The position numbers and the translations under genes were made by a program. Shown piece after piece: positions 46,830-55,458 of a stretch of DNA of 64,000 nucleotides. Location: positions 1-64,000 of the forward strand of contig JAYZFK010000062.1 in NCBI GenBank assembly GCA_036336835.1, read 5' to 3'. The stretch comes from Myxococcota bacterium. Its GTDB lineage: Bacteria; Myxococcota_A; UBA9160; UBA4427. How positions within the stretch are numbered: position 1 is the first letter of the stretch; every line of letters starts with the position of its first letter. A model generated the notes under the pieces. It was not told the DNA's origin, made no database searches, and worked only from the letters and a program-made list of their open reading frames with translations.

Positions 46830-49379
46830 CTATTCCTCAGCTGGAGTGGCGTCGAGCGGCAGCTCGATGCCAAAGCTGGCACCTTGCCCAGGTGTCGAAT
46901 CCACCGTGAATCGGCCACGGTGCCGGTCGACGATGCTGTGCGACAGCGATAGACCCAGGCCGGTACCCACGCCGACGGGCTTCGTCGTGAAGAACGGGTC
47001 GAAGATCTGGCTCAGTACCTCGGGCGGAATCCCGGGACCGTCATCGGCGAACTCGAGCCGAACGCCGAGATCGCTGCGGCGTGTGCGGATCGTCACACTA
47101 CCACCCCCTTCGAGCGCGTCGCAGGCGTTCATCAGCAGGTTGAGGAATACCTGGTTGAGCTGCCCCGGATAGCAGCGCACCTGTGGGATGTCGCCGTACT
47201 CGCGGTGCACCTCGATCCCGTTCTTGAGCCGCGGCTCCATCAACGCGATCGTTCGATCGATCTCCTCGTGCAGGTCGGCGTTGGCCAGCTCGGCCTGATC
47301 CGTGCGCGAGAAGGTGCGCAGGTCCATCACGATCTGCTTCACCCGCTCGGTACCCTCGCGGCTGCGCAACAGCAGCTTGCTGATCGCCTCGCGCGCCTTC
47401 GCCGCGCTCTCTACGTCACCGTCGAGATTCGCCTTCGCGAGCTTCTCGATGTACTCGTCGAGCAGCTGCAGGTTCGCGTGGACGAAGCCGATCGGATTGT
47501 TGAGCTCGTGTGCGACACCCGCGACCAGCTGGCCCAGCGATTTCAGCTTGTCGCTCTGCATCAGCTGCGCCTGTGTCTCGCGAAGCTCGCGCGTTCGCTC
47601 CTCCACCCGCGCCTCGAGTGTCTCGTTCAGCTGGGCGATCTCATCGAAGGCCTTGCCGTTCTCGATCGCGATCGCGCTCTGATTGGCAAGCGTGCGCAGC
47701 AGCTGGCGGTCGTCGGCCGTCAGCCGCTCTCCCGACAGCTTGCGACCGACCGCGATCACGCCGAGCAGGTCGACTCCGAACAGGATGGGCACCAGCAGCT
47801 CGACCTCGAGCGAGTCGAATACGTCCCAGCAGACTTCGCGCTGCTCGGTGTCGGGCTCCTCGTCGAAATCGACCCGCGCGAGCTCCTGGCGCCGCATCCA
47901 CAGCTGGCGCCACACGGGGTGATCGGCCGGAATCTCGATCTCGACATCGTCCTCGTCCCAGTCCCCGCGCTGGGCCACCGGACGCAGCACGCGGTCGCGC
48001 TCGTCGATCAACAACACCACCGCGCGGCCGACGCCCATCGTCTCGGTCAGGGCAACCAGGATGCGGTCACTGATCTCGCCCAACGACAGCATCGAGACCA
48101 TCGCCTCCGAGATCTCGCGCACGGCGGAGCGGTAGCGCGAGCGGTCGCGGTCGAAGAGCTGGTCGACCAGGTTCTGCATGCGATCGCGCAGCGGGTCGAA
48201 GGCCAGAATCGCCAGGAACAGGAACGCGACCTGCACCGATCGTTCGTCGACGCCGAACAGGTCCACCACGGTATCGGCGAAGGTGATCAGAAAGGCGAAC
48301 ATCCCGGTGATCGCGAGGGTCGCCGCACCGTAGGCGGCTGACGAGCGCGCGGCGATGCGGACGTCGAACAGCTGCCGTCGCAGGATCCCGACGCCCACGA
48401 CCAGCGGGAACACGCCAACCCACAGCATCGCGACCTGCCACGGCAGTGGAATCTGGAGCAGGGCCTCGGTGAGCAGCACCAGCAGAGCCGGGGCCAGGCT
48501 GAGCACGGCCGCCAGGATGAATACGTCGGTACGCGCTCCCACACCCGCTTCGTGCGCGCGTCTCCGCTCGAGCAACGGAACCGCGATCGAGAAAGCGGCC
48601 AGGCCAGTGCCAAAGAAGAAGGCGCCCTCGTAGATCCACTCCTCGGCGCGCCCGCCGACGAACGGAGCGGACATCACTATGGGAACGAACGCGAACGCCA
48701 GCACGTAGGGCACCGCGCGAATCCGGCGGTGCCGAACGATCCAGTTGGGCTCGATCGGATGAGTCGTGAACAGGTGGAAGGTCGCCGCCCCGAGCAACGG
48801 CAGGTTCGCGACGGCCCACTGAGCCGTCCACCACGGGTTCGTTTCGCCGCGCGCCGTCGAGGCGACTTCGACCGCCATCATCGAGCAAAACAACATCATC
48901 GCCCAGGCTTCGGCGCGATCGGGTCGGTTCCACCAGACGATGCCGCCCATGCATACGTACAGCAGTGCCACCACCAGCAGGCCGAGATGCATCAGGGTCT
49001 GGCCGTATCGCCAATCGAACGCTGCCCGCGCCGGGAGCAGAGAGACGATCAGCGATCTGCCGTCGCGCTTTTCGACCCGATATTCGTTGCGGACTCCGGG
49101 CTGCAGGAACTCACCGCCCGTGCGCAGCGCCGACCAGACCCGGCGCTGGTCGATCTCGACCAGCCGGTCGCCCCGCTCGATGCCGGCCTCGCGCGCCTCG
49201 GGCGTCGACCACTCTACGAGCGCCTGGCTGCCCCCCGTGAACGAGCAACGGATCGGCAGCGTCAACTCGTGGCGGGGCTGCCAGAACGCGAAGAGCGAGA
49301 AGCCAATCGCGGCCACCGCCCAGCAGACAGCGGCGACACCGGTGACACGGCGAAATTTCTGGGTGGAGCTCGGGTCCAT
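46830..49379 (-). CDS. Membrane sensor histidine kinase (PDZ-like, multi-TM, GAF, HisKA, HATPase)
   Basis: AREAGIERGDRLVEID (PDZ-like), many TM segments, GAF ending LANQSAIAIEN, H-box GVAHELNNP, QVFLNLLMNA, DDGPG, FFTTK, GTGLGL. Confidence 0.92.
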   Translation of the reverse strand: MDPSSTQKFRRVTGVAAVCWAVAAIGFSLFAFWQPRHELTLPIRCSFTGGSQALVEWSTPEAREAGIERGDRLVEIDQRRVWSALRTGGEFLQPGVRNEYRVEKRDGRSLIVSLLPARAAFDWRYGQTLMHLGLLVVALLYVCMGGIVWWNRPDRAEAWAMMLFCSMMAVEVASTARGETNPWWTAQWAVANLPLLGAATFHLFTTHPIEPNWIVRHRRIRAVPYVLAFAFVPIVMSAPFVGGRAEEWIYEGAFFFGTGLAAFSIAVPLLERRRAHEAGVGARTDVFILAAVLSLAPALLVLLTEALLQIPLPWQVAMLWVGVFPLVVGVGILRRQLFDVRIAARSSAAYGAATLAITGMFAFLITFADTVVDLFGVDERSVQVAFLFLAILAFDPLRDRMQNLVDQLFDRDRSRYRSAVREISEAMVSMLSLGEISDRILVALTETMGVGRAVVLLIDERDRVLRPVAQRGDWDEDDVEIEIPADHPVWRQLWMRRQELARVDFDEEPDTEQREVCWDVFDSLEVELLVPILFGVDLLGVIAVGRKLSGERLTADDRQLLRTLANQSAIAIENGKAFDEIAQLNETLEARVEERTRELRETQAQLMQSDKLKSLGQLVAGVAHELNNPIGFVHANLQLLDEYIEKLAKANLDGDVESAAKAREAISKLLLRSREGTERVKQIVMDLRTFSRTDQAELANADLHEEIDRTIALMEPRLKNGIEVHREYGDIPQVRCYPGQLNQVFLNLLMNACDALEGGGSVTIRTRRSDLGVRLEFADDGPGIPPEVLSQIFDPFFTTKPVGVGTGLGLSLSHSIVDRHRGRFTVDSTPGQGASFGIELPLDATPAEE

Positions 49380-49473
49380 GCCCGCCTGGCTTCCCTCGGC
49401 GGAGGGGCGCGTTCCGCCGGCTGAGGATGATACAGAAGCGGGCGACGTGGGCGGGGCGGGGCCCGCCGCGCGG

Positions 49474-49989
49474 TCAGAGCGGCTGTTCGGGGCGGTAGCG
49501 CACCAGGACGCGCGAGCGGTCGGCGTAGCCGCGGCGCATCTTGTCCCGCCACTTCCCGATCTCCTCGGGGTACTTGGCCTCGTAGGCCGCAAGCAGTCGG
49601 TCGAGCAGGGCCTCGTCGGCGACCTGCTCACCGATGGCATCGAAGCTCGGAGCGCTGCGAAAGCGCTCGTTGAGCGACAGGAGGCCCTTCCAGCGGCCCT
49701 GATCACCCACCCAGATGCGCGCCTTTGCGAGGCCCCGCCCGATGGCCCGCGCCTTCCAGCGATCCGACGACACGATCATCACGACCGATTCGTCGAGCCA
49801 GGCAAACCAGACCTCGGCGTGGCAGCGGCTCTCGCTGCCATCGGAGCGGAGCGGGGACACGTAGACGTATGGGCTCCGCGCGAGCTGCTCGCGCAGCGAG
49901 GACGCTTCGGCTCGCAGCGCGAGCAGTGGCCAGGCGGCTGCAGCGCCCAGCCAGACAAGAGCCCGTGCAATCAGCTGGCGGCGCTTCAC
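49474..49989 (-). CDS. Probable Tat-exported split-barrel (PNPOx-like) protein
   Basis: KRRQLI + hydrophobic region + AEA signal; YVYVSPLRSDG..EVWF..WKARAI..YEAKY..RVLVRY. Confidence 0.6.
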   Translation of the reverse strand: MKRRQLIARALVWLGAAAAWPLLALRAEASSLREQLARSPYVYVSPLRSDGSESRCHAEVWFAWLDESVVMIVSSDRWKARAIGRGLAKARIWVGDQGRWKGLLSLNERFRSAPSFDAIGEQVADEALLDRLLAAYEAKYPEEIGKWRDKMRRGYADRSRVLVRYRPEQPL

Positions 49990-49992
49990 ACG

Positions 49993-50766
49993 TCAGATCC
50001 CCGAGCCCTGCTCCTCGGTACTGACGTGGAGACCACACTCCTTGGTGTCGTCGTCCTCCCACCACCAGCGACCCGAGCGTGGATCCTCTCCATGGTGGAC
50101 GGCGCGCGTACACGGTGCACAGCCCACCGAGGGGTAGCCCTTGGCGTGGAGCCGGTTGACCGGGACAGCGTGGCGATGGACATAGGCCATCACGTCCTCG
50201 TGACTCCAGTCGGCCAGCGGGTTCAGCTTGACCAGGCCCCCGTTTGCGCGGTCGATCTCGACCTTCTTCACACCGCGGCGATTGGCGTTCTGGTCGCGGC
50301 GCAGCCCGGTCACGTAGCCGTCGAAGTCGCGCAGATAGCGCCGAAGCGGGGCCACCTTGCGCACGTGACAGCAGCGCTCGCGGCGCGCGAGCGATTCGTA
50401 GAAGCCGTTCATGCCCTGGTCGCGAACCAGACCCTCGAGATCGGACGATTCCGGAAAGACCACCTCGACCGGCTTGTCGAAGCGATCTCGCACTCGGTCG
50501 ATCAGGTCATGGGTCTCCTGCAGCATGCGACCGGTGTCGAGCACCAAGACCCGCGAGGTCGACTCGATCTCGTGCATCATGTGCAGCAACGCCATGCCTT
50601 CGGGCGCCCCGAAGGAAGCGGACAGCGCGAGGCGCGGATGATAATTCTTGATTCCCCAAATCAAGATATCGCGCGCATCCGCCGCTTCGAGCTCTCCGCT
50701 CTCGATCACCCTGAGCGCTTCCAGAGACACCAGATCCGACTCTCGCGCCGCAGCTAGGGGTACCAT
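49993..50766 (-). CDS. cysH: Assimilatory APS/PAPS reductase (Fe-S type)
   Basis: LDTG, CCHVRKV, TGLRRDQ, KLNPLADW, GYPSVGCAPCT, RSGRWW, KECGLH. Confidence 0.94.
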   Translation of the reverse strand: MVPLAAARESDLVSLEALRVIESGELEAADARDILIWGIKNYHPRLALSASFGAPEGMALLHMMHEIESTSRVLVLDTGRMLQETHDLIDRVRDRFDKPVEVVFPESSDLEGLVRDQGMNGFYESLARRERCCHVRKVAPLRRYLRDFDGYVTGLRRDQNANRRGVKKVEIDRANGGLVKLNPLADWSHEDVMAYVHRHAVPVNRLHAKGYPSVGCAPCTRAVHHGEDPRSGRWWWEDDDTKECGLHVSTEEQGSGI

Positions 50767-50893
50767 CGAACTGCCTTCCCGCCTGTTCGCCGCTCCAAAA
50801 GCAGAGCTGGACGAGTCGTCCCAGCGGCTGATTCCTATTCTTGAGTACCGCATGCGGGAAAAGGTTACAAATTCATTACTCCAGAAGTGTGTA

Positions 50894-51205
50894 TTAGGAC
50901 TCCTTCTCCTGGAGCCGCCTCTCGACCGCCTCGACCTTCTCTCCCATCGAGACAGCGCGGTCACGCCGATCGTCGATCTTGACCACGGTCCCGACGCGCT
51001 CGGCTCCCTGTGCGAAGACCGCCTCCTCCATCGCGAGGATCAACGCAAAGATGTCGCCGAGCTCGCCCTCGAGCGTCGTAAACATGGGGTCGAGGCGGTA
51101 TGTGACGCGGTCCTGGGCCCGCACGACACGCAGCGCCGCCGCCACGTATTGCGAGACGCTCGTCCCCACGCCAACCGGCGCGATGCTCACTGCTGCGATG
51201 GCCAT
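50894..51205 (-). CDS. MTH1187/YkoF family thiamine-binding protein
   Basis: SIAPVG..SVSQYVA, LDPMFTTLEGE, KIDDRRD..MGEKV. Confidence 0.92.
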   Translation of the reverse strand: MAIAAVSIAPVGVGTSVSQYVAAALRVVRAQDRVTYRLDPMFTTLEGELGDIFALILAMEEAVFAQGAERVGTVVKIDDRRDRAVSMGEKVEAVERRLQEKES

Positions 51206-51717
51206 TGAACTCCCTCCAGGGGCTCCATGGAATGGAGCCGGACGTCTTCCAGATCCTCGAATGCGCTCGCCAGCTCGCCGACGGTGCGTCCCAGGACGGG
51301 ATGGCGCAGGTCGCGCGCGAGCTCGGCCAGCGGCACCAGGACGAAAGCGCGCTCGTGCATCCGCGGGTGCGGGACGACGAGATCCGGCTCGTCGATTCGC
51401 TGCTCACCGAACAGCAGCAGATCGAGGTCGAGCGTCCGCGGCATCCAGCGCTTCTCCGCCTCGCGCAATCGACCGCCTGCCCGCTCGACCGTCTGCAGCA
51501 CCGCGAGCAGCCCGCGGGCAGTCATCTCCACCGCGAGCTCCGCGACCGCATTCAGATAGAGACCCTGCGGTGGCGGGCCGATCGGCTCGGTCTGGTAGAC
51601 CCGCGAGGTTGCGACGACCTGGACGTGCGGCACGCGCGCGAGCGCGTCGATCGCTGCGCTGAGCTGCTGCTCGCGGTTGCCGAGGTTCGAGCCGAGTGCG
51701 ATCCAGGCGCTCTCCAT
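51187..51717 (-). CDS. folK: 2-amino-4-hydroxy-6-hydroxymethyldihydropteridine diphosphokinase
   Basis: IALGSNLG, YLNAV, PRTLDLDLL, PHPRMHERAFVLVPL. Confidence 0.96.
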   Translation of the reverse strand: MESAWIALGSNLGNREQQLSAAIDALARVPHVQVVATSRVYQTEPIGPPPQGLYLNAVAELAVEMTARGLLAVLQTVERAGGRLREAEKRWMPRTLDLDLLLFGEQRIDEPDLVVPHPRMHERAFVLVPLAELARDLRHPVLGRTVGELASAFEDLEDVRLHSMEPLEGVQWPSQQ

Positions 51718-51735
51718 CGCCGTTATGATCGCGCC

Positions 51736-52965
51736 ATGCGGACGACTTGGCGATGCGTATGGGCTCTCGCGGCAGTGGTTTCGCTCGCAGCCAGTAACGC
51801 CCTCGCCGAGCCGACCGTGATCGTGTTGTCCTGGGACGGGGTCCGCTACGACTACCTGGATCGCAGTGGGCTACCTGCTCTCGAGCGCATGCAGCGCCAC
51901 GGCGCGCGGGCCGAGCGCCTGATCCCACCCTTCCCCTCGAGCACGTTCCCGGGCCACGTCACCCTCGCCACCGGAGCCCCCGTCGACCGCCACGGCATCG
52001 TGAGCAACAAGTTCTTCGATCCTGCCCTCGGGCCCGACGCCGTGTTCGACTACGGCGCCGACGCGCGGTGGATCGACGCCGAGCCGCTGTGGGCTGCCGC
52101 AGAGCGACAGGGCGTGCGCAGCGCGGTCTTCTTCTGGGTAGGCTCGGAGACCGACTGGCGCGGGCGCGGTGCGACACTTCGGATGGCACCGTTCGACAGC
52201 GGTGTTCCGGAGCGCAAGAAGGTCGATCAGATTCTCGCCTGGCTCGACCTGCCCGAGGCGGAGAGGCCACGGCTGATCATGGCCTACTGGCGCGGAGCCG
52301 ATCACGCAGGGCATCGCCACGGGCCCGATTCGAAGGACGTCCACCAGGCCCTGCGTTCGCAGGACGCGCAGCTGGGGCGTCTGCTCGCCGGGCTCGATTC
52401 CCGCGCGGCCTGGTCCGACACGACGCTGCTGATCGTCAGCGATCACGGCATGATCGCGGTGAGCCAGCCGCTGGATGCGCGCCGGCTGCTGCGCGAGGCG
52501 GGCGTCGCCGCGCGTGTCGTCCACGCGACCGCACTGGCTCTGGTGTACCTGCGCGATCCGTCGGACAGCGCCGCAAGACGGCGCGCCATCGAAGCGCTCT
52601 CCGCGCCCGAGGGCGTAAGCGCCTACCCGAGCGATCAGCTTCCCGCACCGCTGCGGTACGCCCACTCGTCGCGCCTCGGCCAGGTGGTGGCGATCGCCAC
52701 GCCGCCTCGCATGTTCCGCTCGGGAGCCCGAGGTGTCGCCGAACGTGCCTTGCGCGCGCTCGGAGGATCGACCGGCGGGCACGGCTACGACCCGATCGCG
52801 GTGCGCGAGATGAGCGGAATCTTCGTCGCGCTCGGCCGCGGAGTGGGCACCGGCGTGCGGCTGCCGCCGGCGCGCGCAATCGATCTCGCGCCGACGGTGG
52901 CTTCGCTGCTCGGTATCGAGCCACCCGAGCACTCGGAAGGCAGTGCGCTCGATCTCACTCCCTGA
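51736..52965 (+). CDS. Exported nucleotide pyrophosphatase/phosphodiesterase (alkaline phosphatase superfamily)
   Basis: Signal peptide; SWDGVR, STFPGH, HGIVSN, DHAGH, VSDHGM, GGHGY. Confidence 0.92.
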   Translation: MRTTWRCVWALAAVVSLAASNALAEPTVIVLSWDGVRYDYLDRSGLPALERMQRHGARAERLIPPFPSSTFPGHVTLATGAPVDRHGIVSNKFFDPALGPDAVFDYGADARWIDAEPLWAAAERQGVRSAVFFWVGSETDWRGRGATLRMAPFDSGVPERKKVDQILAWLDLPEAERPRLIMAYWRGADHAGHRHGPDSKDVHQALRSQDAQLGRLLAGLDSRAAWSDTTLLIVSDHGMIAVSQPLDARRLLREAGVAARVVHATALALVYLRDPSDSAARRRAIEALSAPEGVSAYPSDQLPAPLRYAHSSRLGQVVAIATPPRMFRSGARGVAERALRALGGSTGGHGYDPIAVREMSGIFVALGRGVGTGVRLPPARAIDLAPTVASLLGIEPPEHSEGSALDLTP

Positions 52966-52986
52966 CCCGGACCCGGACCCCGAGCG

Positions 52987-53021
52987 TGCCGAGGGCGGCC
53001 ACAGGGCCGGCCCCCTCGGCA
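52987..53021. terminator. GC-rich hairpin after the phosphodiesterase gene
   Basis: tgccgaggg-cggcc-acag-ggccg-gcc-ccctcggca; no U-tract. Confidence 0.45.
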
Positions 53022-53065
53022 TCGCGCTGGCCACCTTCACACGATCCGCTACCTAGCTTCAGCGT

Positions 53066-54355
53066 ATGCCGACGTCGACAGATCAGCTCCGACCCGCGCT
53101 CGCGACCGACGTCCCCGGCCCGCGTTCGGTCGAGCTGGCAAAGCGGCTGTCCGAGGTCGAGAGCCCCAACGTCACGTACCTGGCTCCGAATGCGCCGATC
53201 TTCTGGCAACGCGCGCAGGGCGTGAACGTCTGGGACATCGACGGCAACCGCTTCGTCGATCTCAGCGGGGCGTTCGGAGTCGCGAATGCCGGGCACGCGC
53301 ACCCCGAGATCGTGGCAGCGATCGCAGCGCAGGCAGCCGAGCTGCTCCACGGAATGGGCGACGTACATCCGTCGGCGGTAAAGGTCGAGCTGCTCGAGGC
53401 GTTGTGTGCTCGCTTTCCCGGCACTGGCGAGGCGCGCGCGCTGCTGCTGTCGTCAGGCTCGGACGCCGTCGAGGCCGCACTCAAGACGGCACTGCTCGCG
53501 ACAGGCAAGCCGGGCGTGATCGCGTTCGAGGGCGGCTATCACGGACTCTCGCTCGGCGCACTCGACGCGACCTGGCGCAGCGACTTTCGGGCACCGTTCG
53601 AGGCACGACTCCCGAAAACCACCGGCTTTGCGCGCTTCGGCGATGCCGACGACGTTGCGCGGGTGCGTGACGAGCTCGCCGGGCGCGGGGTCGAGACCGC
53701 TGCGGTGCTGGTCGAGCCGGTGCAGGGACGGGGCGGCGAGCGCGTGCCACCGGAAGGATTCCTGCGCGCCCTGCGCGAGCGCTGCGACGAGGAGGGCTGG
53801 CTGCTGATCGCAGACGAGATCTACACGGGCTTCGGTCGCACAGGTCGCTGGTTCGCCTGTGAGCACGAAGCCGTCGTACCCGACCTGCTGTGTGTCGGCA
53901 AGGGACTGTCTTCGGGCATGCCGATTGCCGCCTGCATCGGTCGGGCAACGGTGATGGAGTCGTGGCCGGTGTCGAGCGGAGAGGCGCTCCACACCCAGAC
54001 CTTCCTCGGCCATCCCGCGGGCTGCGCCGCGGCGCTCGCTTCCCTGCGCGTACTCGAGCGCGAGCGACTGATCGAACGCAGTGCCGAGGTCGGGCGCATC
54101 GCCCTCGAGCACGCGCGCGAACGGCTGGCGGCAAACAAGCCGGTGAGCGAGGTACGCGGGCTGGGGCTGATGCTCGGCATCGAGTGCCGCAGCTCAGAGA
54201 TCGCGCGCAGCGGGTGCATACGCGCCCTCGAGCGCGGCTACATCGTGCTGCCATCGGGCGAGGGCGGCCGTGTGCTGTCACTGACTCCACCACTGACCAT
54301 CGATCAGGACCTGCTGCTCGAAGCGATCGACCAGCTGGCGGATGTCCTCGAGTGA
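53066..54355 (+). CDS. Class-III PLP aminotransferase
   Basis: DIDGNRFVD, SGSDAVEAALK, GGYHG, EPVQG, ADEIYTGFGRTG, PDLLCVGKGL, RGLGLMLG. Confidence 0.93.
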   Translation: MPTSTDQLRPALATDVPGPRSVELAKRLSEVESPNVTYLAPNAPIFWQRAQGVNVWDIDGNRFVDLSGAFGVANAGHAHPEIVAAIAAQAAELLHGMGDVHPSAVKVELLEALCARFPGTGEARALLLSSGSDAVEAALKTALLATGKPGVIAFEGGYHGLSLGALDATWRSDFRAPFEARLPKTTGFARFGDADDVARVRDELAGRGVETAAVLVEPVQGRGGERVPPEGFLRALRERCDEEGWLLIADEIYTGFGRTGRWFACEHEAVVPDLLCVGKGLSSGMPIAACIGRATVMESWPVSSGEALHTQTFLGHPAGCAAALASLRVLERERLIERSAEVGRIALEHARERLAANKPVSEVRGLGLMLGIECRSSEIARSGCIRALERGYIVLPSGEGGRVLSLTPPLTIDQDLLLEAIDQLADVLE

Positions 54356-55458
54356 GCGCCGACCCGCGGCGCGCCGAGCTCGACGCAGCCGTCCTGGCGT
54401 GGATGCGCGAGCCCGACTGGCGCGAAGACGACGCCCGATTCGGCCTCCTGGCCCTTCGCCTGTTCGAGTACCAGTATGCGAACTGCGAGCCATACCGACG
54501 CTTCTGCGTCGCGCAGGACGTGGGACCGCGGGACATCGAGCGCTGGCAGGACGTTCCGGCGGTGCCGGCGGGCGCTTTCAAGGAGCTTCGCATCGCGAGC
54601 TTCGGGCCTGCACGTGACGCGAAGATCTTCTGCACCAGCGGGACCGCCACGTCGCGACGCGGTTCGCTCCACCTGGATACCCTCGAGCTGTACGAGACGT
54701 CGCTACTGGCCACGCTGCAGACATTGCTATTCGCGGATCTCGGCAGCGCGCAGCGCACGACACTACGCATCCTCGCGCCTGCACCGGCCGAAGCCCCGGA
54801 TTCTTCGCTCTCGCACATGTTCGGTCGACTGCTCGAGGCTCGGGGCGACGCGCACAGCGGCTATGACGTCCGGGGCGGCAAGCTCGACGCCGAAGGGCTG
54901 CTGTACGCGCTCGAGACAGATCGACCCGTCGCACTGCTCGGCACCGCGTTCGCGTTCGTCCACCTCCTCGACGCACTCGACGCGCGCGGCGGCGGGCCAC
55001 TGACACTGCCACCGGGATCGCGCGCCATGGAGACGGGGGGCTTCAAGGGTCTCTCGCGCGAGCTTCCACGCGAGCAGCTGCACGTTGCGATGTCGGACGC
55101 ACTCGGCATCGACCCCGGTCGCATCGTCAACCAGTACGGCATGACCGAGCTCGGCTCCCAGTTCTACGACTCGGTGCTGGTCGATCCAGCTGGCGCTCGG
55201 CGCAAGCTGGGCCCACCCTGGGTGCGCGTGCGACGGATCGACCCCGCCTCGGGCGAAGAAGCGGAGCCGGGCGAGCCCGGCATGCTCAGCATCCACGACC
55301 TCGTCAATACGGGCAGCACCTGCGCGATCCAGACGGCCGACCTCGGACGCCGGGTCGCTGGCTCGCCTGAAGGCTTCGAGCTGCTGGGGCGACTGCCGGG
55401 CGCCGAGGCGCGCGGCTGCTCGATCGCGGCCGACAGCATGCTCGGCGAAGCGGTGTGA
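54352..55458 (+). CDS. LuxE-like acyl-protein synthetase
   Basis: FEYQY..YRRF, PAVPAGAFK, FCTSGT, METGGFKG, YGMTELGSQ, IQTADLG, GRLPGAEARGCS; GTGA coupling. Confidence 0.88.
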   Translation: MSADPRRAELDAAVLAWMREPDWREDDARFGLLALRLFEYQYANCEPYRRFCVAQDVGPRDIERWQDVPAVPAGAFKELRIASFGPARDAKIFCTSGTATSRRGSLHLDTLELYETSLLATLQTLLFADLGSAQRTTLRILAPAPAEAPDSSLSHMFGRLLEARGDAHSGYDVRGGKLDAEGLLYALETDRPVALLGTAFAFVHLLDALDARGGGPLTLPPGSRAMETGGFKGLSRELPREQLHVAMSDALGIDPGRIVNQYGMTELGSQFYDSVLVDPAGARRKLGPPWVRVRRIDPASGEEAEPGEPGMLSIHDLVNTGSTCAIQTADLGRRVAGSPEGFELLGRLPGAEARGCSIAADSMLGEAV

